Shown here: piece by piece, positions 12,597 through 20,526 of the stretch
Layout: each line of letters starts with the position of its first letter
Position numbering within the stretch: the stretch's first letter is position 1
Source of the DNA: a virus
Strand: one strand, 5' to 3'
DNA: 64,000 bases
Virus record (IMG/VR): IMGVR_UViG_3300009788_000088
Made by a program: the position numbers and the translations under genes
Notes under the pieces: model-generated
Told to the model about the DNA's origin: nothing
The model's database searches: none
What the model saw: the letters and a program-made list of their open reading frames with translations, nothing else

Positions 12597-12621
12597 AGTT
12601 TGTTACCTCCCTTTCACCTAC

Positions 12622-12650
12622 AATATAACTATTATTAACCCCCATGTCAA
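12622..12650 (-). promoter_or_regulatory. early promoter
   Basis: TTGACA-N17-TATATT. Confidence 0.85.
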
Positions 12651-12915
12651 GGAATAAATACCTAGCAATTACAACAGCCGTCATAACGCCTGTCTTCACG
12701 GTCCTCATCCAACACCGCTTCTTTGAAGGCGCAGACGATTTCCTCATCGATCCCCAATTCATGGACAAGTTTTTCTTTCATCTTACGGACCCTGTAGGAC
12801 TGTTGGTTGATGAAACATTTTATCCCACCCTCATACCCCTCTATTTCGAAGGTAAGCATCTTGGACTTATCCAAGTCCAATTCGTTGGTTGCTGATTTTA
12901 CGTTCATCATCCTTC

Positions 12916-13524
12916 TCATGACGTTATCCTTTCATCTACGAACCGCTTGGCGGCGGTATCGGCTTCATTGAAGGTATTCCATTTCTGTTCACCATCAATG
13001 ACCACATCCACAGCGCCTATCTTGGCATACCAGTGTTCACCACCCGGCCACTGTAAGACTCTAATTTCATCGGAGTCCGGAAATATCAGATGATCTCTGG
13101 ACCACTCTTCCTCTTCCCAGACATTCTCTTCATCCCACGTCATCCAACCTCCGGTATGCTGGATATAAATGACGCCTTTGGCCTCAAGACCTTTACACTG
13201 AGCTTCGAAAGACTTGGCTCCCATGTTACAAAGTTCTTTGATAACAGCCGTGCCTTTAAGTTCGGCAAATATCTGGGCTGTCTGTGCCCGATCATTGGCG
13301 AAATGTTTCTGCTTCTTAGAGACTACCGCTGAATAGTCAAGGAAAGCCTCCGCCGCATGTGACTGGCACATATGATAATTCATAAGTTCCAAAAGGGAGG
13401 AGACTTTCAGCACCCAACCATAATCAAGCTCCATTCCTCTGGTTGTGGCTGTCAGTTTAACAAACGTAAATTCAACATCTCCACGTGTGTTTATTGTGCT
13501 GAGTAGACTCATTCCAAACATCAC
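12916..13524 (-). CDS. hypothetical protein
   Basis: 202 aa ORF in coupled operon. Confidence 0.65.
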   Translation of the reverse strand: MMFGMSLLSTINTRGDVEFTFVKLTATTRGMELDYGWVLKVSSLLELMNYHMCQSHAAEAFLDYSAVVSKKQKHFANDRAQTAQIFAELKGTAVIKELCNMGAKSFEAQCKGLEAKGVIYIQHTGGWMTWDEENVWEEEEWSRDHLIFPDSDEIRVLQWPGGEHWYAKIGAVDVVIDGEQKWNTFNEADTAAKRFVDERITS

Positions 13525-14030
13525 TTCTCCTTCGAAGCCGCTATAACAACAGGCTTCAGTTTATAAACCTTCTTTATGGGTTTCGGGATGTCAACCATCT
13601 TGGCGAACCGGACCCTACGGGGTTTCTGAACGATTGCCATCTTCCGAGCCTTCACGTGATCGATCCCCAGATAACGCTTGTACATATCAAGGACAAGGGA
13701 AGCGAACTCCCGGCCATGAGCAGATAACGATTCCCTGATTCTCCGGTAGAGAATAATATGAGCCATCTCATGAATGATAGTCACTGGCCTCCGTGCCCAT
13801 CTGGGAAATCCTACGGCCCACCCACCATAAGCATAAGCGGTAGTAGTGCCCCTACCGTCTTTCACTTCTGGAGCTTTGATATCATAATCTTCGGCTATTT
13901 TCTTGACCAGCGCCCTACAGGATGGTAAAGACAGAAGTTCCTTGCGGTAATCATAAGGAACTAGTTCCCGACGAATAGTGGCTTCCCACCTGTACACTGC
14001 GGACCTTTGACTATCACGTGGTCTTGCCAT
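13521..14030 (-). CDS. SprT-like zinc metalloprotease
   Basis: TIIHEMAH...HGREF. Confidence 0.7.
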   Translation of the reverse strand: MARPRDSQRSAVYRWEATIRRELVPYDYRKELLSLPSCRALVKKIAEDYDIKAPEVKDGRGTTTAYAYGGWAVGFPRWARRPVTIIHEMAHIILYRRIRESLSAHGREFASLVLDMYKRYLGIDHVKARKMAIVQKPRRVRFAKMVDIPKPIKKVYKLKPVVIAASKEK

Positions 14031-14251
14031 TACTTCTCCTTCATGGTTGCGACGGCCAGCACCTTCTTAGCTTTCTTAAAAAGGTACTCCGCACATTTCT
14101 TACAAGTCACGTATTCCACGAAGCTGGTAGTTCTCTCATCAGAAGTTCTCAAACTCAACCCACAAGGAGTGTGGTGCTTGCTGAACGTTACCGTCCTCGT
14201 ATAATGAATGATGGTATCTTTAGTCCTTCTGACTTTTGTAACGTTTGTCAT
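14030..14251 (-). CDS. small H-C-CxxC zinc-finger protein
   Basis: IHY...PCG...VTCKKC. Confidence 0.6.
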   Translation of the reverse strand: MTNVTKVRRTKDTIIHYTRTVTFSKHHTPCGLSLRTSDERTTSFVEYVTCKKCAEYLFKKAKKVLAVATMKEK

Positions 14252-14277
14252 GATGTCCTCCTTTCGCTGATGTTTCT

Positions 14278-14318
14278 TACCTCCATCTATAATATAACCA
14301 TTTTGTTGGGTTTGTCAA
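14278..14318 (-). promoter_or_regulatory. early promoter
   Basis: TTGACA-N16-TATATT-atagat-GGAGGTA. Confidence 0.8.
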
Positions 14319-14375
14319 ATTAATAGGTTCTTAATGGAATCGTTGATCCTAAGAAATTCCCGCCTGAGCCTGAGT

Positions 14376-14858
14376 TCAACTCCTTTTTCTCATGGCCTCT
14401 ATCCTTGCTTTACCAGCGGCCAGTCTCATCTTATCATCAGCGGCCAGTCTCTTTTCCAGTTCCTTTAACTCCGTGTCCAGCTTCTCATAACATGCGGGAC
14501 ACGTGATGAGTTCCAGAGCGGAAGGATTTCGGAAAGGAACTTTAAGATCATCCAGAGGAACCGTTGCGCCGCACTCAGCACTCTTGACACCCGTTTTGGT
14601 TACGTCCAGAAGATGAACAACCTCTGGAGCTTCCTTAACCATCTTAACCAGCGCCGGGTCCATCTTCTTCTTATAGAAGGGAAGAAATATCAGTTTCGAC
14701 AGTCTGGTTGATTTCCATGCGGGAGATTTCCGACATCTCTTACAAGTGGTGGCGTCCAGACTCTCTGTCAGGAACTTGCCCCGGCCACAGGCACTATGAA
14801 CATCCCACGCTCCGTGTCGGAGGGTTTTCTTTAAATAGTGAAGTTTCGCTTCGGCCAT
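14376..14858 (-). CDS. tandem H-C-CxxC zinc-finger protein
   Basis: Two copies: LHY..ACG..TTCKRC and VHL..ECG..ITCPAC. Confidence 0.6.
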   Translation of the reverse strand: MAEAKLHYLKKTLRHGAWDVHSACGRGKFLTESLDATTCKRCRKSPAWKSTRLSKLIFLPFYKKKMDPALVKMVKEAPEVVHLLDVTKTGVKSAECGATVPLDDLKVPFRNPSALELITCPACYEKLDTELKELEKRLAADDKMRLAAGKARIEAMRKRS

Positions 14859-14867
14859 GACTACCTC

Positions 14868-15080
14868 CTATGCAGTCTTGAAAGTAAGAAGAGTGCCCGG
14901 ACCTTCTTCGACAGCCCCGAACCACTTCTCAAGAGCAGTCTCAGTCCCGGCAGTGACCGCTTCCGTTACACCATAGAAGCGCTCTTTAATGGCAGTAAGG
15001 GGGGCAACTCCAAACTTCTTGGCCGTCACTTTTGCCACCGCCACAGTTCCTTTAACTTCTACTTTAAATGCCTTGGACAT
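14868..15080 (-). CDS. hypothetical early protein
   Basis: 70 aa, AAGGAG RBS, first gene after promoter. Confidence 0.7.
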   Translation of the reverse strand: MSKAFKVEVKGTVAVAKVTAKKFGVAPLTAIKERFYGVTEAVTAGTETALEKWFGAVEEGPGTLLTFKTA

Positions 15081-15097
15081 TTCAATCTCCTTTCATC

Positions 15098-15139
15098 TAC
15101 CTCCACTTATAATATAACTATTTTTACCCCTTATGTCAA
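15098..15139 (-). promoter_or_regulatory. early promoter
   Basis: TTGACA-N17-TATATT-ataagt-GGAGGTA. Confidence 0.85.
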
Positions 15140-15242
15140 GTATTAAATGACTATATTTCAAAGATTTTGCCCTAAAAAGTTAGGGTTTATAGTGCTAATT
15201 ATTAGCGGTTAAACTACCAGACCCCATTTTCAGAAGAACTCA

Positions 15243-15253
15243 TATAAATACTT
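15243..15253 (+). promoter_or_regulatory. T4-type late promoter
   Basis: TATAAATACTT heading the only plus-strand operon; TATAAATA is the T4 gp55 consensus. Confidence 0.75.
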
Positions 15254-15288
15254 AAAAGAACTATACTAACCTTATAGGAGACATAGAT

Positions 15289-15459
15289 ATGAAAGCAAGC
15301 TACGAAGAACTGAGAGCCCTTGTTCAGTCTGCCATGGATGGTGATTGGGATAAGGATAAACTCAAGGAGAAGCGTGAAGAAAAACAGGCGAAAAAGAATG
15401 AGCGGAAGTCTGACCTTATTGCTGAAGCAACAGATTTTCTTAGTCGCCAGAAAGATTAA
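15289..15459 (+). CDS. small charged late protein (56 aa, absent from ORF track)
   Basis: AGGAG RBS; MKASYEELRA...LIAE...QKD*. Confidence 0.7.
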   Translation: MKASYEELRALVQSAMDGDWDKDKLKEKREEKQAKKNERKSDLIAEATDFLSRQKD

Positions 15460-15461
15460 TA

Positions 15462-15842
15462 ATGCCTCTACTTTCCGATACCGGTGAAGTTACCGCTTTA
15501 ACTGTATTATTCCGCAAATCTCCTACGGCTCCTGATCCACTGGAAAAACGTATGCCGGATGGGAGCACTGTTGTTCGTAAAAAGGCAATGGGTGGGTCAC
15601 AACAAGTTGCGCTCTATATTACAAACGCTGATCCGGCTGTTACAGTAGACCTTGATGACATCGAAGTCTACGTGTCAGCTACCCAGTCTTGGGTAAGTTT
15701 ACTTGCGGCCCCGGTTACTATTGACGCAGATATCTCAATTCGAAGATTGATCGAAACATATCCTACAGAGACACATGTCCGTATTACTATGGATGGGGCG
15801 TTGTTTGATCATAGAATAGAATTTGCCCCTGTCACCCCGTAA
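15462..15842 (+). CDS. putative virion protein, paralog of next gene
   Basis: SDTGEV..VLFRK..R.PDG..VRK.A.GG.Q shared with 15861..16640. Confidence 0.7.
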   Translation: MPLLSDTGEVTALTVLFRKSPTAPDPLEKRMPDGSTVVRKKAMGGSQQVALYITNADPAVTVDLDDIEVYVSATQSWVSLLAAPVTIDADISIRRLIETYPTETHVRITMDGALFDHRIEFAPVTP

Positions 15843-15860
15843 TATCTGGAGGAAGTAATA

Positions 15861-16640
15861 ATGGCTTTACAGTCTGACACTGGAGAAGTTAACAGAGCCA
15901 TAGTTCTGTTCCGTAAAGGTCAAACCAGACCTCTGGGTGTTGAGCGGCGTGTGCCTGATGGTGCTGGGATTGTTCGGAAAATTGCTCAAGGTGGTAAACA
16001 AGAAATGTTGTTGTATGTTTCAGCAGTTGGGGACGGGGCCATAAACGTTGATGATATTGAGGTTTACGTTGGTCTATTAAGTGGGTGGGTAAGTATACTT
16101 GCCGCCCCGGTTATTGTTGCTATCGATACAACAAAACGTATCCCTGTTGAAACTTATCCTCCTGAAACGTTTGTACGAGTTACTGTAACCAGCGAAATTG
16201 TAACACTTACGGTAGACAATGCCTCCGTTCATGCTGTATTAGATACCCTTACTGGATTAACATCAGGAGCTACAGGAGTTATTGATGCGATTGACGGGAA
16301 CGATATTACCGTTACTGTTACGTCAGGAGTGTTTGAAGACACTGTAACACTTGCGGTTGATGATGCTCTCGGTCATGCTGTATCAGATATCCTTACCGGA
16401 TTAACATCAGGAGCCACAGCAACTATTGATGCGATTAACGTAAATGATATTACCGTGACCGTATTAACCGGAAAGTTTGAAGATGGCGAAACTGTTCAAG
16501 ATGATGATGGTCTTGATACTTCTATCATTCAATCCATTGAAGGTGAGACTGTTCAAGATGATAACGGTCTTGATACTTCTATCATTCAATCCATTGATTT
16601 GGATGCTCACATTGTAGAGTGTGTAGCATATACACCGTAA
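15861..16640 (+). CDS. putative virion protein with nested internal repeats
   Basis: Paralog plus two LTGLTSGAT beta-rich repeats. Confidence 0.7.
   Translation: MALQSDTGEVNRAIVLFRKGQTRPLGVERRVPDGAGIVRKIAQGGKQEMLLYVSAVGDGAINVDDIEVYVGLLSGWVSILAAPVIVAIDTTKRIPVETYPPETFVRVTVTSEIVTLTVDNASVHAVLDTLTGLTSGATGVIDAIDGNDITVTVTSGVFEDTVTLAVDDALGHAVSDILTGLTSGATATIDAINVNDITVTVLTGKFEDGETVQDDDGLDTSIIQSIEGETVQDDNGLDTSIIQSIDLDAHIVECVAYTP
16199..16597 (+). repeat. in-frame tandem repeats: 2x144 bp followed by 2x57 bp
   Basis: tgtaacactt at 16199 and 16343; GETVQDDxGLDTSIIQSI at 16485 and 16542. Confidence 0.9.
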
Positions 16641-16957
16641 TGAGATTCGGGGACGTTCTGGAAGAAACTTGGCCTAAAGTATCCGTCAAATGGTCCACTG
16701 AAGCAAAGTCTGTTTTTCAGGATATGATAGCCGCACTTGATATGAAGGGTGGAGATGTGGTCCATCTCAAAAAAGTAATGAGCAACGCTCTACTCACATA
16801 TAATCCGGATAGGGATATCTTGTCCACGGCTGGGGGAAGTTTAAATAATTGGAGTATCACGAAGGCACGGGAATATATGAGAGGTCTTCTGGCAAACTTC
16901 AATCAAGTATCTGGAAGGGCCGATCTCCAGAAACGTCTTGAAAGGATTTTCGTATGA
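16640..16957 (+). CDS. putative internal head protein (CTS-like MRFGDVLEE)
   Basis: TAATG coupling at 16640; N-terminal tag. Confidence 0.65.
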   Translation: MRFGDVLEETWPKVSVKWSTEAKSVFQDMIAALDMKGGDVVHLKKVMSNALLTYNPDRDILSTAGGSLNNWSITKAREYMRGLLANFNQVSGRADLQKRLERIFV

Positions 16958-17226
16958 AGAGATTCCAAGAATATATAACAGAGGTTGTGGTTTCTGTTAA
17001 GATTTCCTCTTATTCCAAAGGTAAAGGTAAAGGCTCCATTATTCTGGACGGGAAACAATATAAGGGAGTATGGAAAAACGGGAAACTTATATCCATCCTG
17101 AGAGGAATGAAAAAATCTCCAGTAAAACAATCCGGTGATTATTATACAGCATTAACAGAAGATGGGGATGTAAAATTTGCTGTAAAAGAATTGGAAGATT
17201 CTATCAGTAAACTGATTAACAAATAA
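16954..17226 (+). CDS. putative internal head protein (CTS-like MKRFQEYITE)
   Basis: Close match to T4 IPII/IPIII MKTYQEFIAE; small and basic. Confidence 0.7.
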   Translation: MKRFQEYITEVVVSVKISSYSKGKGKGSIILDGKQYKGVWKNGKLISILRGMKKSPVKQSGDYYTALTEDGDVKFAVKELEDSISKLINK

Positions 17227-17237
17227 GGGAGACAGTT

Positions 17238-17531
17238 ATGCGGAGCGTAAAAGATATCCAAAATCTTATTACTGAGGCGAATGAAAAGGGTGCCAAGGAA
17301 AAGATTATCGAAGAAGCGGTTGATATAAAGGGCGTTATCAAAAGCCTCAGCGATACCGATTTCAAGGGTGACAATAAAGAGCAGATGAAAGGCGTACAAC
17401 TTCTCAAGGGGTTGGCCGCCAGTGATGATCCTCTGGCCACCAAATTCATGGACAAGCTTTCCGATGCTTTCACCTCTGTAGCCAATGCTGTTTCCGGCGG
17501 CGGTGATGATAAGGGTGATAACAAGGAGTAG
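17238..17531 (+). CDS. putative internal/core head protein
   Basis: MRSVKDIQNLITE; additional IEE site. Confidence 0.6.
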   Translation: MRSVKDIQNLITEANEKGAKEKIIEEAVDIKGVIKSLSDTDFKGDNKEQMKGVQLLKGLAASDDPLATKFMDKLSDAFTSVANAVSGGGDDKGDNKE

Positions 17532-17533
17532 CC

Positions 17534-17836
17534 ATGAAATTCGAAAAAGTCCTGAACGAAATCGTCAGCGGTCCATCCCTCTTGAAGAAAAAACTGGGGG
17601 AATATCTGTCATGGTATCTCAAGAACCGAGGGAATTATGATGCCTTTGATGCCATGAGGGATATCACAGATATTTTCCAAGATATTTTTGGAGCCCTTGT
17701 ATCCCCTAAACAACAGGAGGCCATTCTTGGCGCTCTGGAAGGACTGAACAACACTGCCTCATCCAAACAAGGACATTTAAAGATGTATTATGATGCTGTG
17801 TGGAACGCTTACAAGACGGGTCAAGTAAAACTATAA
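17534..17836 (+). CDS. putative internal head protein (MKFEKVLNE)
   Basis: N-terminal tag, AAGGAG RBS. Confidence 0.65.
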   Translation: MKFEKVLNEIVSGPSLLKKKLGEYLSWYLKNRGNYDAFDAMRDITDIFQDIFGALVSPKQQEAILGALEGLNNTASSKQGHLKMYYDAVWNAYKTGQVKL

Positions 17837-17839
17837 TTC

Positions 17840-17868
17840 TTGACAACCTCCTAATAAATGGTTATAGT
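17840..17868 (+). promoter_or_regulatory. early promoter inside late operon
   Basis: TTGACA-N17(..GGT)-TATAGT. Confidence 0.75.
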
Positions 17869-17898
17869 GAATTTGAGATGATAACCAAGGAGGTAGTC

Positions 17899-18231
17899 AT
17901 GAAGAATACATTGATTGAAAAGTCTGCTTATTTTAACAAAACAGTAAAGGAAATTGCAGAACTTACTGATATCAACCATCACACTGAAGCTCTTATAGAA
18001 GGAGCCCGGTTGATGAGAGTAACTACCCAATCCGGATGGATAGATGTTAGCTACAGACTATACACCAATTACGAGCGGATTTTCAAAAACATTGCTGACA
18101 TTGCTGACATTGAGGGGTATATGCCCCCAGAACTTAGCAAGTATTGTGCCATAGTACGGGAAACATTTTTTACCAAAGTAAAAGAAGACCTTGACCCGGT
18201 TCAGTATAAAAAATTTCACGGGGCATATTAA
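17899..18231 (+). CDS. hypothetical protein with own early promoter
   Basis: AAGGAGGT RBS then MKNTLIE. Confidence 0.7.
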   Translation: MKNTLIEKSAYFNKTVKEIAELTDINHHTEALIEGARLMRVTTQSGWIDVSYRLYTNYERIFKNIADIADIEGYMPPELSKYCAIVRETFFTKVKEDLDPVQYKKFHGAY

Positions 18232-18289
18232 TGGAATGGTTAACGGACCTCATGTACAAAATTCATCTATGGGCTTGCAGGAGACGCCA

Positions 18290-18574
18290 ATGAAATTCAA
18301 AAACACCCTAACAGAAAAATCATCTGGTTGGGAAATTATTGATAAGATAGCCCGTGCCGTGACTGGAAAGAAATTCATGGACGTTGGGGAGGCGTTGAAA
18401 TCTCTTGGGTTCAAAGAGAGTAAAGATTACTTTCTTAACACAGAACCCCCCGCACCCCCTGTCTGGTTACTCACTTATAAGGGCGGAAAGATTGCTATTG
18501 TCAACAAAAAGAACGCTGAGAAGCCGGAGAAGATTATTGGTGAGTTGGCCATTGGCTGGGTGGGAAGGCACTAA
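18290..18574 (+). CDS. putative internal head protein (MKFKNTLTE)
   Basis: AGGAG RBS, ATG 18290, N-terminal tag. Confidence 0.65.
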   Translation: MKFKNTLTEKSSGWEIIDKIARAVTGKKFMDVGEALKSLGFKESKDYFLNTEPPAPPVWLLTYKGGKIAIVNKKNAEKPEKIIGELAIGWVGRH

Positions 18575-19092
18575 TGAGTTTTGGAAAACTCTACACAGAA
18601 GCTACACGGTGGCATATGCCTTACGTTCCTCCCAAGCGTTTAGCACGGGTTCAGGACTGGGTGTATCAGGAAATACTGGACAAGGCCGCAGTCATACGGT
18701 ACGGTAAATCTTTACGAGAAATGTCCCCGTCTGACGCCACCAACGCCATCGAAACCATGACCCAAACCCCTATCAAAAGCGCCTTAAAGAAAAAGGGTAA
18801 CCGGGCACTGGAAAAGGCTCTGGAGCAAACATACTTCCCGAACGTTCCTATTAAAGAAATTATCAAAGCTCTTCATGGGGTGGGGCTGGTTATCCTACAG
18901 GAAGACAGCACAGAGTGGGAGGGATTCGTCACTGGCAAGAGTGGGAAAATGTTGGTTCCTCTGGCCCCGACAGAAACAGAGACTAACTATAAAGGCGTGA
19001 AATTCTTCACCCCATTCACCAATACTCAGTTCGTGATGACATGGCATAAGATGGACTCCGGAACATTTGAAGTCATTGCCTACGTATCATAG
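18574..19092 (+). CDS. putative internal head protein (MSFGKLYTE)
   Basis: TAATG coupling; tag variant. Confidence 0.6.
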   Translation: MSFGKLYTEATRWHMPYVPPKRLARVQDWVYQEILDKAAVIRYGKSLREMSPSDATNAIETMTQTPIKSALKKKGNRALEKALEQTYFPNVPIKEIIKALHGVGLVILQEDSTEWEGFVTGKSGKMLVPLAPTETETNYKGVKFFTPFTNTQFVMTWHKMDSGTFEVIAYVS

Positions 19093-19105
19093 AAGGGGGT
19101 TATAG

Positions 19106-19327
19106 ATGAAATTTGAAGATGTGTTACTCAACGAATTTACCGCAGGGTCTTACATTATTCTTAAAAAAGAAATCAATGGTGTAAAACCCGCACGTTATAA
19201 AATTACCGGCAAACAGGGAGCCAACACCGTTCTTAGTGGTGGTGGAAAAATACCGACCAGCGTATTGTCGAAAGCAATGAAAGACGGTGATGCTTATTTA
19301 AGTGGGTCTGGTTCCGGCGGAATGTAA
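19106..19327 (+). CDS. putative internal head protein (MKFEDVLLNE)
   Basis: N-terminal tag; small, basic. Confidence 0.65.
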   Translation: MKFEDVLLNEFTAGSYIILKKEINGVKPARYKITGKQGANTVLSGGGKIPTSVLSKAMKDGDAYLSGSGSGGM

Positions 19328-19792
19328 TAAAAACTGTTCGATTAAATTTGGTTAGGCCAAGGCTCCGGCTGGCCAGACATATCATCCTTGTAATAGGTCG
19401 GCCACCACGTTCTACAATGCATATCTGAATCAACTTCCACTTCATCCAAACGATGATCTTTCTTAGACAATCTCTTCTTCGTAACATACGTCATCGCCTT
19501 CTCAGAGGTAGAGAATATTTGTATTAGGAAGTCACCCTCATAGCCTTCGTAATATAAACAGAACACAGTATTCATTTTGGTGATCCTCTTAAAACAGGAG
19601 GAATTTTAACAACCTTTCCTGTCATCCCTGATATCCTATTGGGGTATGTAGAGGTAACCCAGTATTCCTCCAACCGTTTCACCTGAACATACGGACAGTT
19701 GGTACAGTGCCGTATCATCCGAGTAATGTAAAGGCGATTACCATAAAGCGGAATCCATTTCTTCCACTTATGTTTAAGAAAACATCTTTTAA

Positions 19793-20230
19793 TCATGCGT
19801 TGGCCGCCGCCCGTGGCCGTCCACCCCTCTTTTTCTTTTGTTGAGTTCCATCGAACCCAAGGCCCATAGCCACCCTGATATCAGCGATATTCGCTGTCCG
19901 GGGAGATATGAATATTTTCTTGCTGGACCGAAGCTCAACCCCTTCACCATTGGACTTAACCTCAAGGTATGCGTCTGTCTCTGGGTTAAGCAGGAAGCGG
20001 ATAGAGGTATCAGCCGGGATGGGAGTATTTTTTCCGGCGACTCCGAAGTTCATCAAAAACAAATGACTTTTAGAGGTTTTGCCGAGAACGGCCGCAAGGT
20101 CTTCCTCCATAGACTTTTTGTTCAGGATGAGACTACGAATAAGAACCTTGATATTCTTCGGAATACGTTCCCACGTTCCCATACTCTCTTTACGAATTCC
20201 TATATATTCCGCCATCTCTTTATCTGTCAT
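19793..20230 (-). CDS. putative DNA-binding protein
   Basis: HTH-like N-terminus (EMAEYIGIRKESMGTWE); C-terminal KKKRGGRPR. Confidence 0.4.
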   Translation of the reverse strand: MTDKEMAEYIGIRKESMGTWERIPKNIKVLIRSLILNKKSMEEDLAAVLGKTSKSHLFLMNFGVAGKNTPIPADTSIRFLLNPETDAYLEVKSNGEGVELRSSKKIFISPRTANIADIRVAMGLGFDGTQQKKKRGGRPRAAANA

Positions 20231-20526
20231 ACGAATACTCCTTCGATTATTTTACGCACAAAGTTATGCGCTTCCTTTTTGTCCCCCACTGAGACATCAT
20301 CGTACTCTTTATCGATAGTGCCTTTAATGAAGCCATGTCTGACTAGAGGGATATACAAATCATACTCCCACCCACTGTTTCCGAATGGGCGCTTACCAGA
20401 GAAACCTTCTCCTTCATCCCAAAGAGTCAAGAACAGTTCCCGGAGATAATCCCGGATTGTTTCTCCTTCAAATTGTCCTTCCATTGGTACATCAAGAACG
20501 TGAATTTTCTCTGTCATGATATCCCC

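Larger units (their letters stand above)
1..15080 (-). other. Early accessory region: dense small hypothetical ORFs in promoter-headed cassettes
   Basis: Tightly packed or overlapping (ATGA/TAATG) minus-strand ORFs of 40-390 aa with GGAGG RBSs; six copies of the early promoter motif. Confidence 0.85.

Noticed and set aside
15082-15096. Leader peptide MKGD* after the first SD (also before 35618)
   Set aside because: Only 3 nt between GGAGG and ATG, and the equivalent cassette at 14278 has no ATG
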